64,000 nt of DNA, taken from an uncultured bacterium (GTDB taxonomy: Bacteria; Krumholzibacteriota; Krumholzibacteriia; LZORAL124-64-63). The stretch covers positions 130,870 to 194,869 of the forward strand of contig CAVYVY010000024.1 of NCBI GenBank assembly GCA_963772145.1. Direction: 5' to 3'. Shown here piece by piece: positions 8,881 to 20,131 of this stretch (position 1 is the first letter of the stretch; each line of letters begins with the position of its first letter). A model generated the notes under the pieces. That model saw only the letters and a list, made by a program, of their open reading frames with translations. It ran no database searches and was not told the DNA's origin. A program made the translations under genes and the position numbers.

Positions 8881-10539
8881 ATGGACGGGATCGGGAACCT
8901 TCTGGCCACCTCGGTGCCGGCGCTGCTGTTCGCCGTCATCGGGCTGGGCTATTTTCTGGGCAACGTCCGCATTCGCGGTTTCACGCTCGGCATCGCCGCG
9001 GTGCTGTTCGTCGGGCTTGTCTTCGGCGCGCTCGACCCCCGGTTCGTCATCCCCGAGGAGATCTACGTCCTCGGCCTGACGCTTTTCGTCTACACCGTCG
9101 GTCTGCAGTCAGGACCGACGTTCTTCAGCATTTTCCGCCGCCAGTGGGTGCGCCTGACGCTGCTCGCCCTGATCGCGACCGGCGCCGCCGCCGGCGTGAC
9201 GGCGCTCGGCGCGAAGCTGCTCGGCATCGACGCGCCGGTGGCGGCCGGCCTCTTCTGCGGCGGCCTGACGAACACGCCGGCCCTGGCGGCGGCCGTGGAG
9301 ACGCTGCGCCAGATCCTGGCCGGCGCGCCGCTCGACCCGCACGCGCTGCGCCTGCAGCTCGACGGGCCGACGGTCGGCTACAGCATCTCGTACCCCTTCG
9401 GCGTGCTCGGCCTCATCCTGACCATGCAGCTCGCCACGAAGCTCTACCGCGTCGACTTCTCCCAGGAGCGCCGGCGGGCGAAGGCGGCCGAGGGCGGCGA
9501 GGGGCAGGACCTGCTCACGCGCGAGCTGCGCGTGACGAACCCCCAGCTCGTGGGCAAGCCGTGCGACAGCTCGTTGCTGACCGAGTTGACCGGGATGGTC
9601 TTCACGCGCGTCCAGTGCGGCCCGCGCATCGAGCTGGTCACCCCCGACGTCATCCTGGCGGAAGGGTGCGTGCTCGTCGGCGTGGGCACGGCCGAGGCGG
9701 TGCGCAAGGCGGAGCTGCTGATCGGACCGGTCGTGCACGAGTCGGTGGAGCGGCAGTCGCCCGGCATCGTCTACCGCGACTTCGTGGTCGTGAACCGGGG
9801 CGTGGCCGGCACGCCGCTGTCGCGCCTGGCGGCCACCGGCGACCACCCGGTCATCGTCAGCCGCATCCGCCGGGGCGCCGTCCAGATCACCCCGCACCCC
9901 GACACCACGCTCGAGCTGGGCGACCAGATCCGCGTGGTGACGCGGCGCGCCGACCTCGCGGCCGTGGCGAAGTTCGTGGGCAATCCGCTGCGGGACGTGG
10001 CCGAGACCGACTTCCTGTCGTTCAGCCTCGGTCTGATCCTGGGCGTGGCGCTCGGCATGCTGCCGCTGCCGTTCTTCGGCGACCGCCCGGTGCGGCTCGG
10101 ATTCGCCGGGGGTCCGCTCATCGTGGCCCTGATCCTGGGGCGGCTCGGGCGCACCGGGCCGATCGTCTGGACGATGCAGACCAACGTCAACCTGACGCTG
10201 CGCCAGCTCGGCATTCTCTTTTTCCTGGCGGGCGTCGGCACGCGCGCCGGGGGGAGCTTCGTGCAGACCTTCCTGGCGCAGGGGCCGGTGCTGCTGCTGT
10301 TCGGCGCCGGCATCACGCTCCTGTCGGCCGGCCTGGTCACGATCATCGCCTCGCGCTTCTTCGGCTACGACATGATCTCCACGTTCGGCATCCTGGCCGG
10401 CGTCCACACGCAGCCGGCCGCGCTCGCCTTCGCCAACGCGCACACCGGCAGCGAGCACCCCAACATCGCCTACGCAGCCGTCTATCCGGTCGCGCTGATC
10501 GCGAAGATCATCCTGGCGCAGGTGCTGGTGGGGCTGTAG
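8881..10539 (+). CDS. YidE/YbjL-type putative transporter (aspartate:alanine exchanger family, two RCK-C/TrkA-C domains)
   Basis: MDGIGNLLATSVPALLFAVIGLGYFLGNVRIRGFTLGIAAVLFVGLVFGAL..., with internal TrkA_C-like segments and a duplicated membrane half. It is 552 aa and intact. The 673-aa ORF start at 8518 is a spurious upstream extension. Confidence 0.8.
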   Translation: MDGIGNLLATSVPALLFAVIGLGYFLGNVRIRGFTLGIAAVLFVGLVFGALDPRFVIPEEIYVLGLTLFVYTVGLQSGPTFFSIFRRQWVRLTLLALIATGAAAGVTALGAKLLGIDAPVAAGLFCGGLTNTPALAAAVETLRQILAGAPLDPHALRLQLDGPTVGYSISYPFGVLGLILTMQLATKLYRVDFSQERRRAKAAEGGEGQDLLTRELRVTNPQLVGKPCDSSLLTELTGMVFTRVQCGPRIELVTPDVILAEGCVLVGVGTAEAVRKAELLIGPVVHESVERQSPGIVYRDFVVVNRGVAGTPLSRLAATGDHPVIVSRIRRGAVQITPHPDTTLELGDQIRVVTRRADLAAVAKFVGNPLRDVAETDFLSFSLGLILGVALGMLPLPFFGDRPVRLGFAGGPLIVALILGRLGRTGPIVWTMQTNVNLTLRQLGILFFLAGVGTRAGGSFVQTFLAQGPVLLLFGAGITLLSAGLVTIIASRFFGYDMISTFGILAGVHTQPAALAFANAHTGSEHPNIAYAAVYPVALIAKIILAQVLVGL

Positions 10540-10671
10540 GGGCGCGCCGGGCGGCGACCCGGCCTGTCCCCCGTTCGGCTTCCGGATCCGGTTGCCGTCC
10601 ATCCTGCACCGCCCGTACAGGCTGCGGCAGGAACTGCGGCTGCCGGGGGCAGCGGGCAACCCTGCCCTCCG

Positions 10672-11370
10672 CTAGGGCCCCGTGACCGCGCCGATCTCCT
10701 GCAGCCACGCCGCCACCGCGCCGGCGTAACTGTCGTGGAAAAAGCCGGCCACGGTCCAGGTGGCGGGATCGTCGGCGACGATGGCGAGCGGGAAGTCAGG
10801 CTGCACCGCGGTCAGGGCGGCGGCGAAATTCCCCTGCCCCGCCTCGGCGCACGCCAGCAGCAGGCGCACGTCGGCGGAGTCGAAGTCGGGATCGTGGGCG
10901 AAGCTGAAGTGCGGCGCCACGGCGAGGACCCTGCGGGCGTCGGCGGCGGCCCCGACCAGGTCGCCATCGCCCAACCCGAGCCGGGCGGCCGCCCGTCCGA
11001 CGTAGGTCGTGGCCGTGGTCTCCTGCGCCGCCAGCGCCGCGTCGAAGGCGGCCGCGGCGGCCAGATAGTCGCTGCGCGAGCCGGCGAGGGCCAGCACGCT
11101 CCAGCCGAGGCCCACGTGCGCCGGTCCGTAGTTCGGGTCGAGCGTGAGCGCAGCCGTGAATTCGGCCCGCGCCTCGGCGAGGTCGCCGAGCGTGAAGTCG
11201 GCCCAGCCCTGGTTCACGAGACCGGCCGGCGTGTCGGCCACCGGTGCGGTCGGCGAATCGTCATTGCTGCAGGAGGCGACCAGCAGCAGCAGGGCGCACC
11301 CGAGCAGGAGGAAGGCGCGGAGCGCGCGCCGACCGCCGTCGCGGGCCTTGTTCATCCGTCGCCTGTCCAT
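10672..11370 (-). CDS. TPR-repeat lipoprotein
   Basis: AGAGGAG RBS 8 nt before ATG 11370. Lipobox LLLLVASCSND. TPR-like text follows: DLAEARAEFTAALTLDPNYGPAHVGLGW. Intact. Confidence 0.7.
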   Translation of the reverse strand: MDRRRMNKARDGGRRALRAFLLLGCALLLLVASCSNDDSPTAPVADTPAGLVNQGWADFTLGDLAEARAEFTAALTLDPNYGPAHVGLGWSVLALAGSRSDYLAAAAAFDAALAAQETTATTYVGRAAARLGLGDGDLVGAAADARRVLAVAPHFSFAHDPDFDSADVRLLLACAEAGQGNFAAALTAVQPDFPLAIVADDPATWTVAGFFHDSYAGAVAAWLQEIGAVTGP

Positions 11371-11406
11371 CGTCAGCACTCCTCTAGAAAGCGATGATCG
11401 ATAAAC

Positions 11407-12653
11407 TTAAAAGTCGGCCTCGCCCGAGCCGAGCGCCGTGGTCCCCGCGGCGTGGACGGTCGCGGACGCGGTTCCCTGCGGCAGGCAGAGGTGCGTCCGG
11501 TAGACCGCCAGCGAACCGTCGACCGCCGTGACCGTCGCCGACTCGCCGTCCACCGTCACCGCCGGCGGCGCCAGGAACGGATCCGCGGCCGAAACCAGCA
11601 CCTGCAGCCCGAAGCGGTTGGCCGGATTCTTCAGCACCGCCAGGCTGACCAGCCCCGCCTCCCGGGCCGGCAGCAGCGTCACCACGGCCGCGCCGTGGAC
11701 GGCCGGGTCCTCAAGGCTGGTGGCGATAGATCGTGGCGACCGGCGGAGCGGGCAGCACGGCGGGGGCGCGATAGATCCCGTCCGCGTCGATGGTGCCGTG
11801 CGCCGGCGAACCGACGACCGACCAGACCACGCCGCCGACGCCGCCCGAGACCACGGTCGCCGTGAACGCGGCGAGCGTGCCGGGCCGCAGCTCGACCGTG
11901 GCGGGCGAGACCGTGACCGAGCGCACGACGATCGGCGCCCCGCGCACCCGGATCGTTCCCGAGCCGCCCTTGACCAGCGGCAGCCCCTCGTTGAGGCGGA
12001 CGTCCGTCAGCCACAACACCGTGGACATCCCCGACTCGAGCCCCGTCCGGAGCCGGAACACCGCGCCGACGAGCGCGCCGTCGCCCGACAGCGGCTGCAC
12101 GCCGGCGTGGGCGATCCGCAGGCGGTTGCCCACGAGCCCGGCGGTCGGCGCGCCCCACGTCTCCGACAGCGTGCCGACCGAGGTCGCCCCCACCGCCTCC
12201 AGGACGTCGGGGTTGTAGGCGACGGCGAGTTCCAGCGCCGATACCTGCCAGGCGTCGAGGTCGCCGGTCACCCGGACCGTGAACGGCGCCTGCGAATTGA
12301 GCACGTACGCCCCCTCGATCGCGAGTCCGAGGTGGGCGACCGTGTAGATGTCGCTGACCCCGCTGCGGCCGTCGCCGTCGCGCACGAGGATGCGGGCCTG
12401 GCCCGGCGCCACCGCCGTGACCACGCCTTCGTCGGAGATCTGCAGGACCGTCGGATCGGTGCTCTGCCAGTGAGAGCGGCAGCGTCACCGTTCCGCTGGC
12501 GCCGAGCTGATAGGTCTCCCCGACCAGCAGGGTGAGGACCGTCGGCACGACGCCGAGGGTCTCCTCGCCCTGCGCGCGCGGCGCGGACGGGGCGGCCAGG
12601 AGCGCCAGCAGCAGTCCCGGCGCGACGATAGCGGCAAGACTCGACCGTCTCAT
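11407..12653 (-). CDS. Secreted protein with Big_2 (bacterial Ig-like) and cohesin-like domains, frameshifted twice
   Basis: Signal peptide MRRSSLAAIVAPGLLLALLAAPSAPRAQG. Big_2-like LTLLVGETYQLGASG...VVTAVAPGQARILVRDGDG. Cohesin-like FTVRVTGDLDAWQVSALELAVAYNPDVLEAVGATSVGTL...GDGALVGAVFRL. The pieces lie in ORFs 11679-12668, 11711-12424 and 11407-11685. Confidence 0.7.
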
Positions 12654-12664
12654 GACCTGTCCTC

Positions 12665-15600
12665 TCACTTGAGCAGGGTCATCTTGCGGCTGAGCCTCTG
12701 CTCGCCCGCCTCGACCCGGTAGAAGTAGACGCCACTGGCGACGCGGGCGCCGCCGTCATCCCGACCGTCCCAACGCACTTCGTGCGTGCCGGGAGCGAGC
12801 CCGCCGGCCACGAGCGTCCGGATGAGCCGGCCGCCCGGGTCGTGCACCGTCACCAGCGCCGGCACCGTGGCGCCCGCCGGTCCGGCCAGGGCGAAGCGGA
12901 TCACGGTGGCCGGGTTGAACGGGTTCGGCCGGTTCTGCTCCATCAGGATCCGCAGGGCGGACGGCCCGTCGGCGCCGCCGTCCGCGCGCACCACCGTCCG
13001 CTCGTTCAGCCGGGCGAACGCCAGCGTCACGGCGGCGGCGGAACCGGCGGCGGCGGGATCGCCGACGTCGTCCACCAGTTCGAACTCCACCAGCGCCCCC
13101 GCGGGCAGCGGCTCGGCGGAGGCGAGCACGATCCTGACCTCGCCGTCGCGCGGCGCGCGCGTGAGGAAGCGGGCGGCGGCGGCGCCGGGCGCGGCGGCCA
13201 CCGCGACGATGCGCGCCCCCGCCCCGGCCCGCAGCACCAGCTCGGCCGACAGCAGCGGCGTCGTCCCGCTCCAGGCCACGGCGTGGCGGACCCCCTGGAC
13301 GCCTTCGCCCAGAGCTTCGAGGTGGACGGCGGCGTCCGCGGCGGACAGGTCGAGCGGCCGCTCGCCCGCCGCCCTGGTCACCACCGATTCGGACTCGCAC
13401 GGGAACCAGGTGGTCAGCCCCGCCACCAGCCGCAGGATGCAGGCGGCGTCGAGGGCGGTGACCCCCTCGGCGCAGGTGACGTCGGCCAGCCGCGCCTGCC
13501 CCGGCGTCAGCGCGAGCTCCCCGATGACCCCCTGCAGGACCAGCGCGGCGTCGTAGGCGGTGACCTCCGCGCTCTGCGAGACGTCGCCGAGCAGCAGCGG
13601 CTGGCTGCCGACGGCGAGCCAGGGGGCGTAGTCCACGCCGTCGGACACCGGGTCGCCCAGGCCGGCGCGGTTCAGCAGCCCGCCGGCGTAGCGGTCGTCG
13701 GAGATGTCGAACGGCCCGCTCGCGTGCCCCCACCAGCAGTCGGTGGCCCGGACCTGGTGCACGAGGCCGAGGTTCAGCACCGCGTACTCCGCGGTTGCCG
13801 AAGAAATCGCACCGCGCGAGCCCGCCCCGCAGCGGATCGCCCGCCGCCTCGCGGAAGACGATGCCCCGCGCGTTGTGGGCGAAGGTGCACGCCTCGAGCG
13901 TCGGGCTGCAGGTGCCGGTGACGTCGAGCGCCCCCTCGCCGGTGGCCGCGCCGGCGTAGCGGAAGACGCAGTTGCGCAGCGCGATCTCGCCCACCGCGGT
14001 CGTGCGCGCCAGCCGCACGCCGCCCCACGGCGCATCGTCCCCCGCGGAGTCGGCGCCGTCCCGGTTGGAGTCGCCGCCGTAGAAGTCGTCGGCCACCGAC
14101 GTGAACACGATCAGGCTGTCGGGCGAGGCGCCGCCCCGCGCCACCAGCGAATGGGCCACGGTCAGCGCACGCCCCGGCATGAACTTCAGCTTCAGCCCCG
14201 GCTCGAGCGTCAGGCTCACACCGACCCCCACGGCCAGATCCTCCAGGATCAGGTACGGCAGGTTCCGGCGCTGCGCGACGTCGCGTCCGCGCAGGACGCA
14301 GTCCCGCGCGAGGGTCTCGCCGAGCACGCCGATCCCCTCGTAGCCGTTCAGCAGGAACGTGTTGCCGCTCAGGACGGGATCGGCCATCAGCGACATGGCC
14401 AGAGCGACCCGGCCGCAGTGATCGACACGGCAGTCCTCGATCACCGGCCGCGAGCGCCCCTCGATCCGGATGCCATCGGCCTGCGCGGCGGTGATGGTCA
14501 CGGAGGAGAAGACGGGCGAGGCGTTGCGGACCGTCAGCGCCGTTTCGGTATCGCGCACGGTCACGTTGCGCAGGATCGATACGGCATCGTCGCTGGTATT
14601 CTCGAAGGTGATGCCGCGCCAGACCGCGCCGCCCGCCTTGTCGAGCAGGCCGAGCGGATCGAGACGCGTACAGATCGCAACCCGGCACGAACCGGCAGCG
14701 ATCGGTCCAGTCGTAGGGCTCGCCCGGCGTTCCAGGCCGGCAGATCCTCCCCCATCGAGCCCACTGATGACGATCGGGTTGTCGGGCGGGACGTCGGCAA
14801 CCAGCGCCCCCTGCACCAGGATGCCGCCCGGGCCGACTGCGAACTCCAGGCCGGCGGCTAGAGTGAGGGTGATGCCGAACGGCACGATCAGGTCGCCGAC
14901 CAGCCGGTCCACGACCGCCACCTCGCCGGTCAGCGCGGACGGCTCCAGCAGCGTATCCTGCGCCAACCGGCCGTCGTAGTCGCACAGCACCGGGATGACG
15001 TTGGCGCCAAAGGTGTTGTCGTGGATCTCGGCGGCGCCGGCCACCGCGGGCCGCCACGGCCCGTCCGACGGCCGGATGACCGCCGCCTTCGCCGCCGGTC
15101 CCGGCGAAGAACTCGGCGTGCAGGCCGATGAGGTTCCACTCGAAGAGGCAGTGGGTGATCGTGGGCGCCATGCCGCCGATCCGCACCACGCCGTCCGGAC
15201 CGTAGCCGCCGAAGGAGAAAATGCAGTGGTCGAGCAGGCTGGCCGCGGGATCGCAGGCGGGACGAACCGGATGCCGCCCCAGTCGCCCGGGCACGGGCCC
15301 GGCTCCCAGCCGTTCCCCTCGGTATCGCCCGGATTGCCGGCGCAGTCGTTGTGCACGCTCGTGAAGACGATCCGCCGGTCGTCGATCCCGGCGGCCACGA
15401 CGCTCCCCGTCACGTCGATCCCCGTGGCTGCCGGGGGCGAACTTGATCGTCACGCCCGGTTCGATGGCGAGGCTCCCGGCCACGTTCAGCCGCTCGTCCA
15501 CGTAGTAGCTGATGTCGGTGTGGCCGCCGATGTTGAGCTGCCGGATCAGGCCCCCGTCGGCCACGTCGCCCGCGAGGAGGCCGACCGCGGTGATGCCGTT

Positions 15601-16974
15601 GCCGAGGAAGACATTGTCCACCTGCGCCAGGCTCGTGCCGACCGCGATCTCCAGCGGCACGCCGCTGCAGGTCCGCACCTCGTTGCCGGTGAACTCGAGG
15701 CTGGTGTGGTCACCGGCGCGCAGTCCACGCCGACCGTCGGCGAGCACGCAGTCGCTCACGACGAGGTCGACCCGCTGCCCGGCCTCCACCAGCGCCGCGT
15801 CGCCGCCGAAGCGGACGCGGCAGGAGCGCAGCGCGCCGGAGCTCGAATCGGCGAAGACCAGCCCGCCCCAGTCCCCCGGCGCCGGGGCGGTGAGCGAGGC
15901 GTCGCGGTTCGTGTCCCAGGGACCGCCCGCGGCATCGTCGCGCACCGAGGTGAAAACGATGGCGCTGTCGGCGGACCCTTCCGCCTCGAGGCGTCCGTGC
16001 ACGGTGATGCCGGCGCCCGCGTCGATCGCCTTGAGCACCAGGCCCGGCTGCAGGCGCAGCGTGGCCTGCCGGCCGACCGTGATCGGGCCGAGCAGCACGT
16101 AGGTGACGTTCTCGACGAGGGTCGTACCGATCCGCGTGTCGCGCCGCGTCAGGCGCACGTTCTCCAGCAGCGTGCTCTCGAGCAGGCCGATGCCGTCGTA
16201 GCCGTTGTCCTGCTCGGAACCGAACACCACCGCGTCGAACACGGGATCACTGTCGGGGCTCAGAGCGAGCGGCACCGACAGGCAACCGTTGATCCGGACC
16301 CCACTCAGGCGCGGCGCGGCGCCCCGCCCGCAGACGACGCCGTAAGTGCCGGCGTTGAGCGACGACGCACCGATGCTCGGGCTCGCGCCGTCGCACGCGA
16401 TCAACGCACCCGCCTCGCCCCCGCCCCCGAACCAGACTTCGCAGTACTGCATCACGCTGGCGTCGCTGCCGCTGTCGGCGAAGGCGATCCCGTTCCAGTC
16501 GCCGGCGGCAGGATGCGTCGGCCCATCCTCCGGCAGGTCGCCGGCGAGGTTGTCGTCCCGCTCCGACGTGAAGAAGATCGAGTCCCCCGGCGCGCCGACC
16601 GCCAGCAGAGTGCCGCGCACCGTCAGCCCGGCCCCCGGCCGGAACTTGACCACGACCCCCGGCGCCAGCGTCAGCCGCGCCCCCTCGGCCACCTCGATCG
16701 GGACGTACACCAGGTAGATCCCGTCCACCCGCGGCCAGGTCGTGTCGGCGGCGATGTCGTGCCGGACCTCCACCACGGTCTGCCCCATGGCCGGCACGGC
16801 GATTCCCAGCAGCCCGCCCAGCGCGAGCAGGGCGAGCCCCCCCCGCGCCGCAGAGCCCGCTGCCCGGGACGGTTTCGCCCCGCCCGCCGGCAATTTCGTC
16901 CGCCCGCCGGTCGCCACGGGGCTGGGGCCGTTCGGAATCCACCAGGAGAGAACCGTTCGCATCGACATCATCAT
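12665..16974 (-). CDS. Giant (~1430 aa) secreted right-handed beta-helix repeat protein with dockerin-like repeat pair and FlgD-Ig/T9SS-type C-terminal domain, multiply frameshifted
   Basis: N-terminal signal/TM (GLALLALGGLLGIAVPAMGQT). Repeated modules of the form IVFTS..DD..GG..GDWGG+.F (ORFs 13774-17109 and 12756-15413). Dockerin-like GDVSQSAEVTAYDAALVLQGVIG...ADVTCAEGVTALDAACILRLVAG. C-terminus NRPNPFNPATVIRFAL...GVYFYRVEAGEQRLSRKMTLLK (ORF 12665-14035). Confidence 0.8.
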
Positions 16975-17209
16975 CGCCTCGCGGTTGAATTCGCGCGGCC
17001 GCGCCGGCTGCCCCGGCGGCCGCGGACTTCCCTGCATTCCTGACCAGCGCCTGACGCGGTTGTCGCGCCGGGGAAGGTGGGCGACCCCCGGCCGCGGCGC
17101 GTCACGCAAGGCACATGCCGATGCAGGAACATGAAAGGTGAAGTAATCGTAGCGATTTAGTGGGGATTAACAGTCGAACGTGGACGGCGCCGGCCGTCGG
17201 GCCGTTGGC

Positions 17210-17237
17210 GCTACCCCGGTGGAGCTACCCCGGTGGA
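17210..17237. repeat. Perfect tandem duplication of a 14-nt unit (GCTACCCCGGTGGA x2)
   Basis: Read directly from the sequence. It lies in the divergent intergenic region, about 100 nt upstream of the radical SAM start. Confidence 0.9.
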
Positions 17238-17335
17238 CCCTCCCTCCGGCGGGTGGTACCTTGATGATCGAGGCGGGCGCCGATCCGCGCGCCGCGGCAG
17301 GCCGCCAGGGACCGGCACCCCTCCCGAGGTCGACC

Positions 17336-18617
17336 ATGACGTCCGCTCCGCTCTCCCGCCGCCGTTTCCTGAAGGCCGCCGCCGGTTGCGGCCTCGCGCT
17401 TGCCGCCTCGCGCCTGCTTCCGGTCGCCCGGCTCGTCCTTTCCGCGCGCCGCCTCGCCGGCGTGCCGGGCCTGCCGGGCCTGCCGCGGCCGGCGCGCGCG
17501 GCCGGCGCAACGGCCGACGTGCTGCGCAACGCTCCGGTCGCCCGCTGGTGGGCAACCACGGCGCAGGCCGGCGTCGAGTGCGCGACCTGCCACCCGCCGG
17601 CCGAGCGGCCGCGCCGCCGCACCCGGCGCGCACCGGCACCACGCCGAGCTCGTGAAGTGCCTGCTCTGCGCGCGCGGCTGCGGCCTGAAGGAGGGCGAGC
17701 GCGGCGAGTGCGGCGCGCGCCTGGTGAAGGACGGGCGCCTGCTGAGCCTCACCTACGGCCGTCCCGTCGCCGTGCACGTCGACCCGATCGAGAAGAAGCC
17801 GTTCTACCACTTCCTGCCCGGAGCGCAGGCCTACTCGCTCGGGACGGCGGGCTGCCCGCTGCACTGCGAGTTCTGCCAGAACTGGGAGATGTCGCAGTCG
17901 CGCCCCGAGGACCACGCGGGGCCGTTCGTGCCGCCGGCCGAGCTGGTCGCGGCGGCCCGCCGGTCGGGCGCGCCGATCATCGCCTTCACCTACGACGAGC
18001 CGACCGTGTTCGCCGAGTACCTCATCGACGTCGCGCGCGCGGCGCGGCAGGCGGGCCTGCGCCCGGTGCTGGTCAGTTGCGGCTTCATGAACGAGGCGCC
18101 GCTGGCGGAGATGTGCGACGTCCTCGACGCGATCAAGATCGACCTCAAGGGCTACAGCGAGGAGTTCTACCGCAAGGTGTCGCACGCCGAGCTCGCGCCG
18201 GTGCTGCGCAGCATCCGGCAGGTGGCGCGACGCGGCGTGCACCTGGAGATCGTCAACCTCGTCGTGCCCACGCTCAACGACTCCGAGGCGATGCTGCAGG
18301 GACTCGCCGGCTGGCTCGTCGACGCGGTCGGGCCGGACGTGCCGGTGCACTTCACCCGCTTCCACCCCGACTACCGGCTGCAGAACCTGCCGCCGACGCC
18401 GGTCGAGACGCTCGAGCGGGCGCGCGCGATCGCGCTGGCGAAGGGGCTGCGCTACGTCTACGTCGGCAACGTGCCGGGCCACCCGGGCAACAACACCTGG
18501 TGCCCGCGCTGCGGCGCGCTCGTCATCCGGCGCTCCGGCTTCCTGATCGAGGAGATGCACGCGAAGGACGGCAGGTGCGCGCGCTGCGACGCGCCGATCG
18601 CGGGGGTGTGGTCATGA
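17336..18617 (+). CDS. AmmeMemoRadiSam-system radical SAM enzyme (PflA-like) with N-terminal twin-arginine signal extension, one frameshift near 17620-17650
   Basis: The N-terminus MTSAPLSRRRFLKAAAGCGLALAAS matches the Tat consensus. The core is VKCLLCARGCGLKEGERGECGARLVKDGRLLSLTYGRPVAVHVDPIEKKPFYHF...GCPLHCEFCQNWEMSQ (CxxxCxxC)...HFTRFHPDY. Memo and AMMECR1 follow immediately. Confidence 0.85.
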
Positions 18618-19560
18618 GGACAGGCGCGCGCGGGGCGGCGGGGACGGCGATCCTGATGCTCGGCGCGGCGATGGCCGCCGCGACCGCGGTCGCCCGGCGG
18701 GACGGAGCGGCCGCCGGCGGTGGCGGGCGGCTTCTACCCCGCCGACCGGACGGAGCTGGCGGCGCAGGTGCAGCGGTTCCTGGCGCAGGCGCAGGCGCCG
18801 ATCGGCGGCCGCCCGCTGGCGATCGTGGCACCGCACGCCGGCTACGCGTACTGCGGCCGCATCCTCGGCGAGGCGTGGCGGCAGGCGGCCGGGCAGGACT
18901 ACGACCTCGTCGTGATCCTCGGCACGAACCACCGCGTCGCCGGGCTGGACGCGCCGATCGTCTGGCCCGACGGCGCCTGGCGCACGCCGCTCGGCACGGT
19001 CGCGGTGGACGCGGCCGCGGCGCGCGCGCTGCTGGCGGCCGACCCCGAGTGCCGCTCCGCCACGGCGCCGCACGCGACCGAGCATTCGCTCGAGGTCCAG
19101 CTGCCGTTCGCGCAGACCGTGTTTCCGCGGCTGCCGATCCTGCCGGTGATGGTCGCGACCCAGGATCCGGCCAAGTGCGAGCGGCTCGGCCGCGCGCTGG
19201 CCGCCGCGCTGCGCGGCCGCCGTCCGCTGATCGTGGCCAGCAGCGACCTCTCGCACTACCCCGCCGCGGCCGACGCCGAGCGGATCGACCGCGCCACGCT
19301 GGCGGCGATCGCCGCGGCTCGACCCGGCCGCGCTGACGCGGGCGATCGACACCGCGATGCGCGGCGGCGTGCGCGAGCTGGCCACCTGCGCCTGCGGCGA
19401 GGCGCCGATCCGCGTCGCCCTGGCCGCGGCCGCGGCGCTCGGCGCGACGCGCGGCGTGGTCGTCGCCTACGCGAACTCGGCGCAGGCGCCGGGCGGCGAC
19501 CCGCTGCGCGTCGTCGGCTACGGCGCGGTCGCCTTCTTCGCCGGGCCGCCGCCCGCCCCG
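18614..19560 (+). CDS. Memo-like protein (AmmeMemoRadiSam system protein B) with Sec-type signal peptide. Frameshifted, and probably fused to the following AMMECR1 domain.
   Basis: ATGA overlap with the radical SAM stop. Signal peptide MRTGARGAAGTAILMLGAAMAAATAVA, then GGFYPADRTELAAQVQRFL...IVAPHAGYAYCG...EHSLEVQLPF...SSDLSHY...CGEAPIRVAL...VVGYGAVAFFAG, spread over three frames. Confidence 0.8.
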
Positions 19561-20128
19561 CCCCGACGCCGCGCCGCCGCTGTCGGCGGCCGACCGCGCC
19601 CTGCTGCTGCGGCTGGCGCGCGAGACGATCCGCCGCCACTTCGACGCCGGCGACGACGGCCCGGGACCGGAGTGCGCCACGCCGGCGCTCGCCGAGCCGC
19701 GCGGGGCGTTCGTCACCCTGAAGCGGGACGGCGCGCTGCGCGGCTGCATCGGGCACTTCGGGCAGGACCTGCCGCTCTGCCGGGTGGTGCGAGAGATGGC
19801 CGCGGCGGCCGCGTTCGAGGACCGGCGCTTCCCGCCGCTCTCGCGCGGCGAGCTCGCCGGGATCACCATCGAGATCTCCGCGCTCACCCCGCCCCGCGCG
19901 ATCGACGGCATCGCCGAGATCGTCCTCGGCCGCGACGGCGTGATCCTGCGCAAGGGGATGCGCTCGGCGGTCTTCCTGCCGCAGGTCGCGGTGGAGCAGG
20001 GCTGGGACCGCGACACCCTGCTGACGCAGCTCGCGCTGAAGGCGGGACTGCCGGGCGACGCCTGGCGCGAGGGGGCGGAGTTCCAGACCTTCCAGGCCGA
20101 GGTGTTCAGCGAGCCGGACCGCCGCTAG
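19561..20128 (+). CDS. AMMECR1 domain (AmmeMemoRadiSam system protein A), no independent start codon found
   Basis: LSAADRALLLRLARETIRRHF...LAEPRGAFVTLKRDGALRGCIGHF...AAAAFEDRRFPPLSRGEL..IEISALTPP...GMRSAVFLPQVAVEQGWD. This frame is open back to 19337 with no ATG/GTG. C4 runs at 19556-19559 and 19561-19564 mark the frame change from Memo. Confidence 0.8.
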
Positions 20129-20131
20129 GCC

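Noticed and set aside
17569-17590. The CATCH sequence after the Tat signal as a c-type haem-binding (CxxCH) motif.
   Set aside because: It lies where related PflA-like enzymes have a V.C..C(P)H Cys-rich N-terminal segment, so it is more likely part of that element. No cytochrome c maturation context is visible, and the local frame is uncertain because of the nearby frameshift.
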